Made by a program: the position numbers and the translations under genes. Below, piece after piece: positions 34,151-46,811 of a DNA stretch of 64,000 nucleotides. The DNA lies in NCBI GenBank assembly GCA_022813965.1, contig JALDZS010000069.1:1-64000 (forward strand), written 5' to 3'. Source of the stretch: Toensbergia leucococca. Taxonomy: Eukaryota. The notes under the pieces were generated by a model. It made no database searches. It worked only from the letters and a program-made list of their open reading frames with translations, and was not told where the DNA came from. Every line of letters begins with the position of its first letter. The first letter of the stretch is position 1.

Positions 34151-35209
34151 GGCCGCGTAAGCCTACGTTGCAGGGTCAGGTCGAGGAACATTGACCGTTC
34201 CGACGTGGAGACATCCGATTTCATACTGGTCTGTCAGGCTATAAGCGGTCTTTTGACATGATGAGGCGTTTTGGGAGTCTAATATCTGTACTCGGCGGGG
34301 CGTAACGTAACATACCTAGGCAGTGCTCGCGTAGCGCGCTTACCTCGGCTGTAGCATATCTAGCCGCCAGTACTCGTAGCACCAAAGCTCTGTAGCTAGA
34401 ACATGCATACCAGCTCCTAACCCCCAAACCTTACCTATTAACTACGCACTCGTGATACCATAGTTTTGATAGGCAGATGGTCACAACACTAATTTCTCCT
34501 CAACACAAGATAACCTAAATTGAATAGATTCACGCTACTGTCTACGTAGCTTCAATCGCACAATTCTGCTCTTCTCATCTTAGCTCTAGCTTTGATAGAA
34601 GACGTTCCTACCAAAGTCAGCAAGTGTACCGGAAAAAATCTCCCTTTGGAGTCTTCCTGGCAGTGTGTTAGATGGACAGAAAAGTCCTAAGGCTCTGGAA
34701 AAGTTCGACCAAAATAAGAGTCCAATTTTCACTAGTGGCTCATGCTCGAGACTTGTGGAGCTAGCCCAAGGATCAAAGAATAATTGTTGTAACCGGAAGG
34801 TACTCGTACGAAATTTCAGTGCCAGAGTTCTATAAATAGATTTCAGACCATGATGGTCATTGTCTTCACCTTGACAATGATGAAATACGAATACTGTCAT
34901 AGGTGTTGCAAGTTCTTCGAAAGCGCACTCAGGCATGAAGCTGGCGAATCAGAGAACAAGGTAACTCAGAGAAGAGGAACATGAGTGACTACAAAGCTTT
35001 CCTGCCGGACAAAACTCGTACGATATTGATTACATTGTGGAATTGTGTAGATCGGGTCAATGGGCTCTTGGAGATAGATATAAGATTGTTCTTTGAAGCT
35101 ACCATTTTCTAGATGTGGATGAGCTTGTTATGACTCACCATTCCGAACGGATGATACGCTCGAGCTACCCCTTAGAAGACGTGTAATTTCCCGGAGAACA
35201 CCGATAAGG

Positions 35210-38200
35210 CTAAAGGCTATCCGCAGTCATCCCATTCATATCACCATGAATTCCAAAAAATTGAAACCTGCACATAACGCTGTCAGCTCAAAAGGAACCT
35301 TAAGATTTCTAGTACGAAGCTGGCTTACCAATCCTCGACATTGAGAGTCGTGGGTACAATAGGACCTTGACCTCGACTACTATTGCTCCAGCTATCCTCT
35401 GGACTCTGAACATCCCCTACGTACTGGTTCGGCCATGAATGGGTGGTGTTTTGTTGTTGCACCCCTTGTATCTGGGGAACACTCGACACATCTTGCATAG
35501 CCTGCATGTTAGCTTGCCCATCTTGCGAACCTCGCATGCTTCGCTGAGGTAATTGCTGTAATATGCTAGGTGATTGCAAATGCGGCATCTGAAGTTGAGG
35601 GTCGAGGTTCTGCTGTGCGGTGGAAGGATATTGTGGGAAGGACATGTTAGTACCGTTGGGGAAAAGCTGATCGGGCTGGAAGTTTTCCCACAGGCTCTGA
35701 GAAATGTGTGGAGAATCACGCGTGACAAGGAATAGGTCAGGTGGAGTAGCAGGTATGGAATAGGACGAATTGAACGGCGTTGGGGGGCGTGTGTTGTTAC
35801 GAGAGTTGCCTCCGCCTAGGAAAGGCTCATTGGACTGACGAAGATGAGGAGGCGACGGAGGTGCAGCCATAGACGCAACTGCTGCTGAGTGTCCAAGATC
35901 CCTTGATGGAGTCACGGCAGGGGTTTGGGGCCGAGACCGCTCGTAAGAAACTTGTGGTACTGGGGGACCGTTCGAATAGCCGAGATCGAGGTCGTCATGT
36001 CTACGTTTGGGCTGCCGATCATCGTTGTCCGGGCTCGCATTCTGTTGAGGGTTGATTCGTGGCTTCTTGTGCCTCTTGCCAGCCGCCTTCTGTAATCTTT
36101 CTTCAAGCATCTTGTTGCCGAGGATAGACTCAAAGAGAGTATGAACCATCTTGGCAACTAACCATACCTTAGACACTTCCTTGAGAGCGTTCATGCAAAC
36201 CTGCATTCTGTCCTGCGTGGCGGCCACAACCGATGGTATTAATGAGCGCATCTGGTACACATGCATAATGAGGGCAGAGAATAAGCTGTATACCCTTCGA
36301 AAAGAATTAGCTAGAGAACATCGGACCAGTTAGAGTTGAATTACATGAATGCAGGTGTGTAGCGAAGCTGGTCGTGTGCCTGCAAGTTCTCGATAATTGA
36401 AGTGATCATGCTTGCAGCTTGAAATGCAATCGTCCGGGATGGATATGCCCCGTCAGTCGGGTAAGCGTTTGGCAAGCCGTTGCTTTGGGATGTTGCGGGG
36501 GGCATATGTGCTCGATGTAGCAAGCAAAGAGTAGTGCTAAACCCGGTCAGCATTGTTCTCCTTAATGCAAAATAGCCGCCTACTAATAATTCGAGTGAAG
36601 TAGTGCCGACCAGAAGTGATGCCTTGAACTCTCCCAATAAACCTCTTTTGGGCAATTCTGCAACCAATCTGCAAGAGCCATGTCGCTATGAGTGAGATCA
36701 ATAGCGTTCTGTCGCCGTGCTTTTGAGGCTACAGAGTATTGCTGGGAGAGTACTAGGCCCATGATCTCACACAATCTCACATACTGAAGAAAAAATTGGA
36801 CATGCACCCGATCTGGCGGATAATCTGCTGTGTAGTCCACGTCATCCTCTACGAAGTCGTCTTCAGAAACCATCTCGACATCGGAATCATCGATATTGAT
36901 GTGGACAGGCCGTCCGAGGGCCACGGCGACTGACCGATCCCTGGTGAACAAAGTCCACCATATTCGCTTCCACAAACGTTTGTCTGGACGACTAAGCTGT
37001 GACCCCTCTACACTGGTTGTTCGTTAGTTTGATTCTCAAGATATAACCGGCGCACTACCTTCGATGCATGCCCGAACCCTGTGCTACTATAGTAGCGACT
37101 CTGCTCCAGTAGAAAACATTCTTCGTCACATCTAATTTACTGTCAGCACACGGAGTCTTCGCTGACACAGGCGAATCGCTCAATCATTTACCCTCTGGCC
37201 CTTCCCAATACCATCCCATCAACACAAGCGCTTGTACAATCGTGACTCGGTCATCCTCGTAATTGGCATCATACAGAGATTTTGCCCGCTTGTAGAAAGT
37301 CATTGCGGCAGGGGTAGTTGACCCATTTGCATCCATCAGTTGAGGATTTGTGCAAACCCTCGATCCCGCTAGTAGAATTGCCTGTAAGAGGAGGAGAGAA
37401 GGCGGGTTCTTATTATCCTGGTATCGTTGCATGAATCGACTACGATTGATGACAGGGACCACTGGGGCGATCCACCTGAAATAACACTCCACAAGTTCGT
37501 CGCAGAGAGCCCGAGGGGGAAGCAGGAAGGCGCCTCTTGTATGTAAGATCTCAATTTCGAGATTATCTAGTTCGTTTAATCTTGCTTTTGATCCTTTGAC
37601 CGAATCAGGTAACGGATAGTGAACAACATCCGTGGTTCCATGTCTATCGTGTACAAGGAGAGACAGATTTGAGGATTCTCCAAGATACGCCACTCGCCCG
37701 GCTTCCTTGATTGGGGCTCTTGCGAATTTGGGTTTCATGAACTGCGAGTAATAGGTGTCCCCAGCTGCTTGCTGCACAGCTTGAGACTCGGATAAAGACG
37801 TATTCGGCATTCCATTTTGGATGATGTCGTTGTTGCTGCTGCCGTACAATGCGGTATTCGGCGCAGCACTAAAGGCAATCGGAGATCCTGTCGTCGGAGA
37901 ATTTGCCTGAACAGAATCGCCTTGGTCGCTAGATAGATTCACCTTGATCAGCACCACGTTCATTGCAAGAAGTGATGAGGTTGTATCACCTATCGGAGTC
38001 TCTCGACCTGCCCTTCTTTCTTTTCGGGGCAGAAATTCTGCATTCGATGGAGAAGGCAACGCAGTTGGTGCACGGTACTCCTAAGCTGGCGGCATCGCAT
38101 CGCACCTAGGCACAAGCAAAGATTTAGTCAGGTGGTATGCAAAGGTTACGAAGCCATGAAGAGATGGAGTCAGAGCGGTGAGCAAACATTCTGACCTTTC

Positions 38201-38468
38201 GTGCGTGGCATGTCTATTTAGGATAATTAGCATAAACCGAGGTGCCGAGGTTAGACAACTTTGTCAGTTGAGCTGTGATTCTTGGACATACCTCACAGGC
38301 CCTCGAAGCGCGTTGCCTGCATATACAGATATATATCAGCCCATCCCCTCTTGACCGATCTGGCCTTGCTTACCTCCTAAAGCTGGGATGACCGGGTGTT
38401 TGTGATTTGGGTGCAGCTTTGGTATTTGCCAACGGTGTCTCTGGCGTGCCATGGCCATTGGAATTCAT
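35210..38468 (-). CDS. farA: Zn(II)2Cys6 transcription factor FarA / cutinase transcription factor 1 alpha, multi-exon
   Basis: Small exons give HPSFRR|QRASRACE|TCHARK|VRCDAASLGVPCTNC; also AGRVAYLGESSNL, WKRIWWTLFTRDRSVAVALGRP and C-terminal PTTLNVEDW|FQFFGI. Confidence 0.92.
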
Positions 38469-41097
38469 AGTGATGGAATTTTACTTGTCCTTGAACAGGC
38501 GTCGACTCAGTATCACTCAACCTCATGGGTGCTGCTGACAAGTGAGCATGTGGTCAGAGGATGCATGTCTTCCCTCCCCAAACCAACGATCGTTGGGATC
38601 CCTGATCCGGTCGTCGGAAGCGAGACATTCTGGTTTGACGTGATGTGGGGTTTGAAGCTCCGTCTTTCAATCATTGATCTCCAGGACTAATCATTTCTCT
38701 GAACCCTCTCTTGTATAAGTGCATCTGTGCGCACTCGTCGTTGAGAATAATGCTCATACCAAGGCATCTTCTTGAAATTACATGCTTCTACTCGTACAAT
38801 CTCCGTCGTTCAGGTTTCTTTCATCTCTCCTCTCCATGCACTATGAAACAACCAATTATATTTGACTTCAATGATTCGGCTTGAAGATTACTTCAAAGGA
38901 CAAGCCACCCTTCTCTCTTGTCCGAAAGACCTGTATGTCTAAGCTTACTAGGGAAAACATATCAAATCTTCATGCCATGATTTCTCATATCAGAAATCTT
39001 TTCAACCCTGTCAAATCAATCTATTCAATTCTCACCCCGTGAAACAATCCCCACGCTCTTTGAGACGTCACTATCAACTCCCTTTGCCCCTCTTGGTAAA
39101 TAGAACCCTCAACTTGACCGGCTTCACAACTTTTCCTTTGATCCGCGTGGCGATTTCTTGTCTAGCTCATCGTGCTGTTTGAGGCGTAATTTTTTCTTCG
39201 GATCTGAGATTTTCATGCCCTCCGAAATGTACGAGATTGTGGCTCTCTGGCTGCATGAGTGTAGTATTGACTACATATTTACGGCCCAGACGCCTATAAT
39301 CGTAGATGAGTCTGCATTACTAGGGTTCGACAGATTAAGCAGCTTCTTGTGTCGGTGCGTCCTCGAGGTCCCAGGAGGGCATGAGTATGGAGGTCTGAGA
39401 ATAACCTATTCCGAACGCCTCTATGACAAATTTTCTACATATTCAACGCCATAAAAGATGGTTTGTTGTGGCTCAGCAAGAAACAATTGACACGGCGATG
39501 TTCTACCGCTTGTCGTGCCCCTCGGTGAAGAAGGTCAGAGCAATATACAAATATCTTACACCTGGCACTAAGCTTGAAGAGAAACATTACCGCTCTTCAA
39601 TTTTGCAAATGTAACGTCCCGAGATACGTTGATGTCCACGCCATTGTGAAATAACGAACATTTATTTTCGAGCCAGCCTGAAGTCTTCAACAAAGCAGCC
39701 CAATGCTAGTGGAATCTTGAGTCTTGAAGTCAGCGTTTTTGCATCGTCAATGCATTGGCAAGTCCTCAGTTGCTTGGTCTTGTCCCAAACTCTACCTGTA
39801 CCCTCTCAGCTTTTCTTCCTATCCTTTACAATAGATATGCTCTTGAAAGCGCGCTTGACCCTCCACTAGGTCTCGGTGTTGTACATTTGCGCAAGTGAGA
39901 CTTCTTGGCCATGGGTTGGATTGCTTGTCTCTCTTCCACCATCATAATCACCTGGTCTTTTCTGGCTTGGCTTACACATTCGACAATTTGTTTCAGGGAC
40001 CAAGCAACGACCAATCTTGAGGGACCACAAGACAAATTTGATATCAGACCCTCCTAGAATAATTTGCTTGATGACCCATGCTCATGTGTTCATTTAAGTA
40101 TCCCCTGGGCGATTAGCGCTCCTGGTAAAGCCCGATGGTATTCCCCTATATCAATCTTAGTGTTGGGAAGAGACATTCGATGCTTGCGCTAGTTAGTGTC
40201 CATAACAAATTCAGTGTTGAAATCTTGTTTATAAATTTCCTCGGCAAAAGATTGCTTCGTCACTACTAGCACCATCACAAGAATAGCTCTCTAATTAAAG
40301 CGATTGGCTGAAATGGTCAGTCTAAATGGAGTCCTCAGTCATAGAGGTACTTCTAGAATCTATGATGAGAGCTTAAGCCAGATGAAAGAGCGTCGCTTCC
40401 TTATCAAAATGTCTTCTTCGTCGCCCAACAGTGCATTACTGATATGCTCCCATTGGTTGCGTCCGGAGCCATGTCTCAATAGGTAGTCAGTCCTTGGCTC
40501 ACTTTCTCGTTAGGCTGCTACAGTTCATCTTACTTTACTACTCATACATATTGGAGTTGACGGCTGAGGGCTGGCTCAGTATGACCCAAAACATAGATTA
40601 AATAGACTCGCTTCCGGCTGAGTAACACAATGACACCATCCAAGCATTTATTTCAACACTACTCGCGAATAATTGATTCGCCATTGTTCGTTATTGAGAT
40701 GAAAGCAGTGTTTATGACGTTTGATTCTTTAGCTAAGCGTGCTAAGAAGGAAAACTACTGCCTATGGGCGCTCGCTAAGCATATGGGGCTGAAGAAATGT
40801 AAGGTATCTGTCAACATTCGTGGTGCTGTAGTGCTGATCTCCGTATACATGACATAAAGTGAGCTTTTGTACTGAGTACGATGATTTCGCTCCCGTTCCT
40901 CTCGGTAGATTCTGCATGTTCCTGTCAATTGGCATATATTCGGACGGCCTAGTATTGTTTCTGACTTTGTCATGTCATGATGTCTGAACCGTTTGCTAGT
41001 CAGTGGCTTTATGTTTCTCCCTCAAAGCCATATGGGCATGCCAGAACCATTGCGGAGCTGTTGGCCTTGTAGGCTTCAGAGCGAGGATCTGTATACA

Positions 41098-41595
41098 TCA
41101 CTTGCCAGAAAACTTCTGACCCTGGATTACTGGCGTACCATCCACAGAGCTCTCTTTCTTTTGACTCTTGCCACAAACCGCACAAGCTATATAACAATTA
41201 GGCTATGCCCTGCGAGGAACAGATCAACGCATGTTCAGCTTCGCTTACCGTTCGCTTTGTAAGCACATCGTTGACAGTATGTTCTCCCCTGCTCTGTTTT
41301 CGTCGAACAAGTAGTACATGAACCAGAGTATGCGGCGTAAGGATTCTTTGCGCTTTTGCTGAGCAACTTATTCTGGGAGCAATGACGGTCAGCTTGTGGA
41401 TTTGCATAGAAGCTTGACACACCTACCTACTTTGCTAATACCAGTGATTCCGAGCGTTGGTGAGGCTTTTTGTTTTTCGCTGCCGCCCACTGAAGATGAT
41501 GCAACTGAGCCATAATACATATCGGTCTTGCGCTTTATGCCGGGGGTGGCCAAAATCGTATCTTTTGAGACCCTTTGACACTTGGCGCAGACCAT
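41098..41595 (-). CDS. CRIPT: Cysteine-rich CRIPT homologue, two introns
   Basis: MVCAKCQ...LATP...NKLLSK...NPY...CTTC...YCQRCAYK...CAVCGK. Confidence 0.9.
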
Positions 41596-41909
41596 GTCGT
41601 CAGGAAGTATGTACACAGTGCATCAATTACGATGTAGTTGTGGCTCAGATTTGAGATTATTGAATTGTGTGAGTGCTGAAGGATCAATGTCTGAACCGCT
41701 TGTGGTGCAGGTCTGCGGCCACTTCTGAAGCTAAAATAAGCTCAATAACGAACACGGCTGTGCTTCACGAATGATTGCACCATGCTGTGAGAACAAACCA
41801 TCCAGAAAGAGCAGGACAAGACGTACCTCATGGTTCCAACCCCCTCTCATATTCTATCTTGGCCGTTTCCCTTGCTCAGCGCTGGCGCAAGGTCACATAG
41901 TCCGTCAGC

Positions 41910-44900
41910 ATGGCTGGGAGACCATCAGGAGGTCGTCAAGCAACCCAATCAAACAGCGATGGCCTCCTCCTAGACCTTGAAGATAACCATTCGATTTACA
42001 ACGATGGAAAACCCCCTCCTGTCAGTGATGAAAGCTTACTGAATAGATACAACATCAGCGATTCCGATGTAGCCCAACCTCGCCCTTCAATATCTTACGA
42101 TGAATTTGTTGGTGCACAAACGTCAACGGTCGGTCTTCCAGGTGGACCAGGTCCCCCACCGAAGGAAGGCTCACCAATTCAGCCTCCCTATCTCGCCGCC
42201 GGCGGCAATCGATCCTACTCTCAGACATCTGGATTGAACAACTACCAGCGGTACTCAGACATTGACGACTTCCCAGATGACGATCGGTCAATGCAGGGTA
42301 GTTACTATCATGCTGGAGATATGGCTGAGGGTAGAAGTGTTTCTGTTGTGGGTGGAGGTCGGGCAAGAGATCGGAATAGCAAATTTAGTATTCGCAGTGG
42401 GCTAATGGGGAAAGCCAAAACCATGCTGGGTATGGGGCCAGAGTACTCGGAGATGGACTTACCTTTGACAGAGACGGCCATTAGAGATTCCCGAGCTGAC
42501 AGCTCTGCTGCAGAAGTGCAAGGGAAGAAGCTAGAGCATAAAAAACTCGACGGTGGGAACTTCAAATTTGGCTTTGGTAGAGGAAAGCCGGATCCATCGA
42601 CGCTGGGGCCGAGAATGATACATCTCAACAACCCTCCGGCTAACGCTGGGAACCGACATGTCGATAATCATGTCTCGACTGCAAAGTACAACATAGCTAC
42701 ATTCATACCAAAATTCCTGTTGGAGCAATTTTCCAAATACGCCAATCTATTTTTTTTGTTCACCGCGGCGTTGCAACAGATACCGAATGTCTCCCCTACT
42801 AACCGATATACCACCATTGGACCTCTCATGGTTGTACTTTTAGTTTCCGCTGGAAAAGAGTTAGTTGAAGACTTCAAGCGAAAGAACTCCGACAAGACTT
42901 TGAATTACTCAAAAGCAAGGGTTTTAAAAGGTTCGAGCTTTGAGAACGCTAAATGGGTGAACGTGTCTGTGGGGGATATCGTACGGGTCGAATCCGAGGA
43001 ACCATTTCCTGCAGATCTAGTCCTTCTAGCAAGCTCTGAGCCAGAAGGGTTATGCTACATCGAGACCGCGAATCTAGACGGCGAAACGAATCTCAAGATC
43101 AAGCAAGCAATTCCTGAGACTGCGAACCTTGTCAGTCCCAGCGACCTCAGTCATTTAACCGGCAGGGTACGGTCAGAACAGCCTAATAGCAGTCTCTATA
43201 CGTACGAAGCAACTTTGACCATGGTGGCTGGTGGAGGAGAGAGAGAACTTCCATTGGCTCCAGACCAGTTGCTGCTGAGAGGGGCAACTCTGCGAAATAC
43301 ACCTTGGATACATGGCATTGTCGTCTTTACTGGACATGAGACGAAGCTTATGCGTAATGCCACAGCGACCCCCATCAAGCGGACGGCTGTCGAGCGAATG
43401 GTCAATATCCAGATTCTTATGCTGGTGGGTATTCTAATTGCACTTAGTATCGTCAGCTCGGTTGGGGATCTTATCGTGCGAACAAGTGCGAAAAGTAAGC
43501 TAGCTTACTTATACTACGGTGACAACAACGCTGGAAAGCAGTTCATCTCAGATATATTTACTTATTGGGTTCTCTACTCCAACCTTGTTCCTATATCGCT
43601 CTTCGTTACGATCGAGATCGTCAAGTACTATCACGCTTTTCTAATCAACTCTGACCTCGACATATACTATGACCGCTCTGATACGCCTGCCATTTGCCGC
43701 ACATCATCACTCGTGGAAGAACTGGGTCAAATCGAGTATATTTTTTCAGACAAGACCGGTACACTTACCTGCAACATGATGGAATTTAAGCAGTGCTCCA
43801 TCGGGGGCATACAGTACGCGGATGATGTACCTGAGGACAAAAGAGTAAGCGAGCAGAATGGAGTTGAGGTTGGCATTCACGATTTCAATAGACTCCGTCA
43901 AAACCTCAAGACCCACGAAAGCCGTACAGCTATTCATCACTTCTTGGCGCTTTTGTCAACATGCCATACTGTAATTCCAGAAAGAAGGGAGGAAAAGTTA
44001 GGTGAGATAAAGTATCAAGCGGCTTCCCCAGACGAAGGTGCTTTGGTTGAGGGAGCAGTTTTGTTAGGATATCGGTTCACAGCTCGAAAGCCTCGCACAG
44101 TCACGATAACCGTCGAAGATGAGGATTATCAATACGAGCTGCTAGCAGTTTGTGAATTCAATTCTACACGCAAGCGCATGTCAGCCATTTTTAGATGTCC
44201 TGATGGCAGGATTCGATGCTATTGCAAAGGAGCAGATACTGTGATCCTCGAGCGCTTGAGTAAGGATAATCCGACAGTCGAGGTCACTTTGCAGCATCTA
44301 GAAGAATATGCTTCGGAAGGTCTGAGAACCTTGTGTCTTGCTATGCGCGAAATCTCCGAGGAGGAGTTCCAGCAATGGTGGCAAATATTTGAGAAGGCAT
44401 CAACGACTGTCAGCGGAAATCGTGCCGAAGAGCTTGATAAAGCAGCTGAAATCATCGAGCGTGATTTCTTCCTGCTTGGTGCTACGGCAATTGAAGATAG
44501 ACTGCAAGATGGCGTGCCTGACACCATCCACACATTGCAAACTGCAGGGATCAAGATCTGGGTACTTACGGGCGACAGGCAGGAGACTGCCATCAACATC
44601 GGCATGAGCTGTAAGCTCATTAGCGAGGACATGACGCTTTTAATTGTCAATGAAAGTAACTCAGAGGCAACGAGGGACAACATGTCACGGAAACTCATCG
44701 CGATACGCAGCCAATCGTCTGGAGGTACGGAATTGGAGTCATTGGCACTAGTGATTGATGGCAAGTCTCTGACATTCGCATTGGAGAAAGATATGGAAAA
44801 GATGTTTCTCGATCTGGCAATAATTTGTAAAGCGGTGATATGCTGGTAAGGCGAGTCTTGAATACTACTTTAGATTGCGCTGATTTGTACTCATAGCCGA

Positions 44901-46132
44901 GTTTCCCCTTTGCAAAAAGCCCTGGTTGTGAAGCTCGTTAAGAGACATCTGAAAGCAATTCTTCTAGCTATTGGAGACGGCGCCAATGATGTATCAATGA
45001 TCCAAGCGGCTCATGTAGGAGTTGGCATCAGTGGAGTCGAGGGCTTGCAGGCAGCACGAAGTGCCGATATCGCCATTGGGCAATTCCGATTCCTTCGAAA
45101 ATTGTTGCTCGTACATGGTGCATGGAGCTATCAACGGATCTCCAAAGTCATCTTATATTCTTTCTACAAGAACATTGCTTTGTACATGACCCAGTTCTGG
45201 GTAAGTCCATTTTCTTCGCAGTCCTTTACATTGGCCAATGTCAATAGACTAATAACTCGCAGTACTCTTTTCAAAATTCATTCTCCGGCCAGGTCATCTT
45301 CGAGTCGTGGACTCTTTCGTTCTACAATGTCTTCTTCACTGTCCTCCCACCTCTTGTTATGGGTATCTTCGACCAGTTCATATCAGCCCGCCTACTCGAC
45401 CGCTATCCTCAACTTTATCAACTTGGACAAAAAGGAGTCTTCTTCAAGATGCATTCATTCTTTTCATGGATATTAAATGGCTTTTACCACTCTTTAATCG
45501 CATACTTTGTTTCGGAACTAATATGGTACTGGGACCTCCCTCAAGGCGACGGGAAAACCGCTGGCCACTGGGTATGGGGTACGGGGCTGTATACCGCTGT
45601 TCTCGCAACGGTGCTTGGGAAAGCTGCACTGGTGACCAACATCTGGACCAAATACACATTCCTTGCCATTCCAGGTAGCATGGTGATCTGGATGGCCTTT
45701 ATTCCTGTCTATGCGACAGTAGCACCCAAGCTTGGATTCTCGACCGAATACGATGGCGTTATTCCCAGGCTTTTCACATCGCCTGTCTTTTGGCTTATGG
45801 CTCTTGTCCTTCCGGTCCTTTGCCTTCTTCGCGATTTCGCATGGAAGTATGCCAAACGGATGTACCGTCCGCAGACATACCACCATGTGCAAGAGATTCA
45901 GAAATATAACATTCAAGATTACCGGCCCCGAATGGAACAATTCCAGAAGGCAATCAGGAAAGTAAGGCAGGTGCAGAGGATGCGAAAGCAGAGGGGATAC
46001 GCTTTCAGTCAGGCGGATGAGAGTCAGAACAGGGTATTGCAAGCTTACGATACGACGAGGGAAAGAGGCCGATGGGGCGAGATGGCGAGTTCCAGACAAG
46101 GAATCGAAAGGGGCAAGTCGCGAACGAAATGA
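41910..46132 (+). CDS. DRS2: P4-ATPase aminophospholipid flippase, two introns
   Basis: DGET, PISL, DKTGT, TGD and GDGAND motifs; autoinhibitory tail GYAFSQ. Confidence 0.97.
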
Positions 46133-46811
46133 AAGATGGATTTTGGAGGACGGCTTGTGTTCAGGATGTATTGGGAAGGGGATGGCGTTCATCGAGGTCG
46201 GCATGTGCTGTGGCGCCGCGTGTCGACCTTTGTTTTAGGATGCTACCTACTTAGGTATTGCATAGCATAGGCGCGTTTCAGTCAAGCTCAGCGTAACTGT
46301 CACACTGTCTGCATTTGCATGGTGGTCTACGCCTCAGTGTCGAGATGCATCTTTGCAACGATGCCAGACATTGAGTGGCATACCGGTTACATACCGGTTC
46401 CAAGATGTATCCCGAGGGCATAGGCAACGGCGGGAGCCTGGTTGATAACCTACTTCCGCACAAAGCTCGTGTGTACCTTAGCTTGGTTTCTGGAGAATGT
46501 GGGCCGAATCGAGGTGCGGAGGCTACTGTATGGACCAAATACTTTCTTTCTTTCTTCCTTGCCTAGGTGCCTCCTACTAGCTGCACCGTCTGCACGACTC
46601 TGGCTCTTCATGTTCTCTAGCCTTGTGGCTTGTGTGCTTGGAAAAGTGCTTAGTGCCATGTCACCATGTGGTGTTGAGGTGATGTCGGTGATGTACCTCT
46701 TTGCTTGTTAGCGAGCCCGAGGTCCATCCTGGCCTTCTTCAACGCGTCTTCTTGGTCTTGATCCTCGGTGTCTTCCTATGTTGAAGTCCTGTGAATTGTT
46801 GATTGGAAGAG

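Noticed and set aside
40575..40990. Possible C/D box snoRNAs (ATGA...CTGA pairs)
   Set aside because: No full RTGATGA C box and no recognisable rRNA guide; more likely CRIPT 3' flank.
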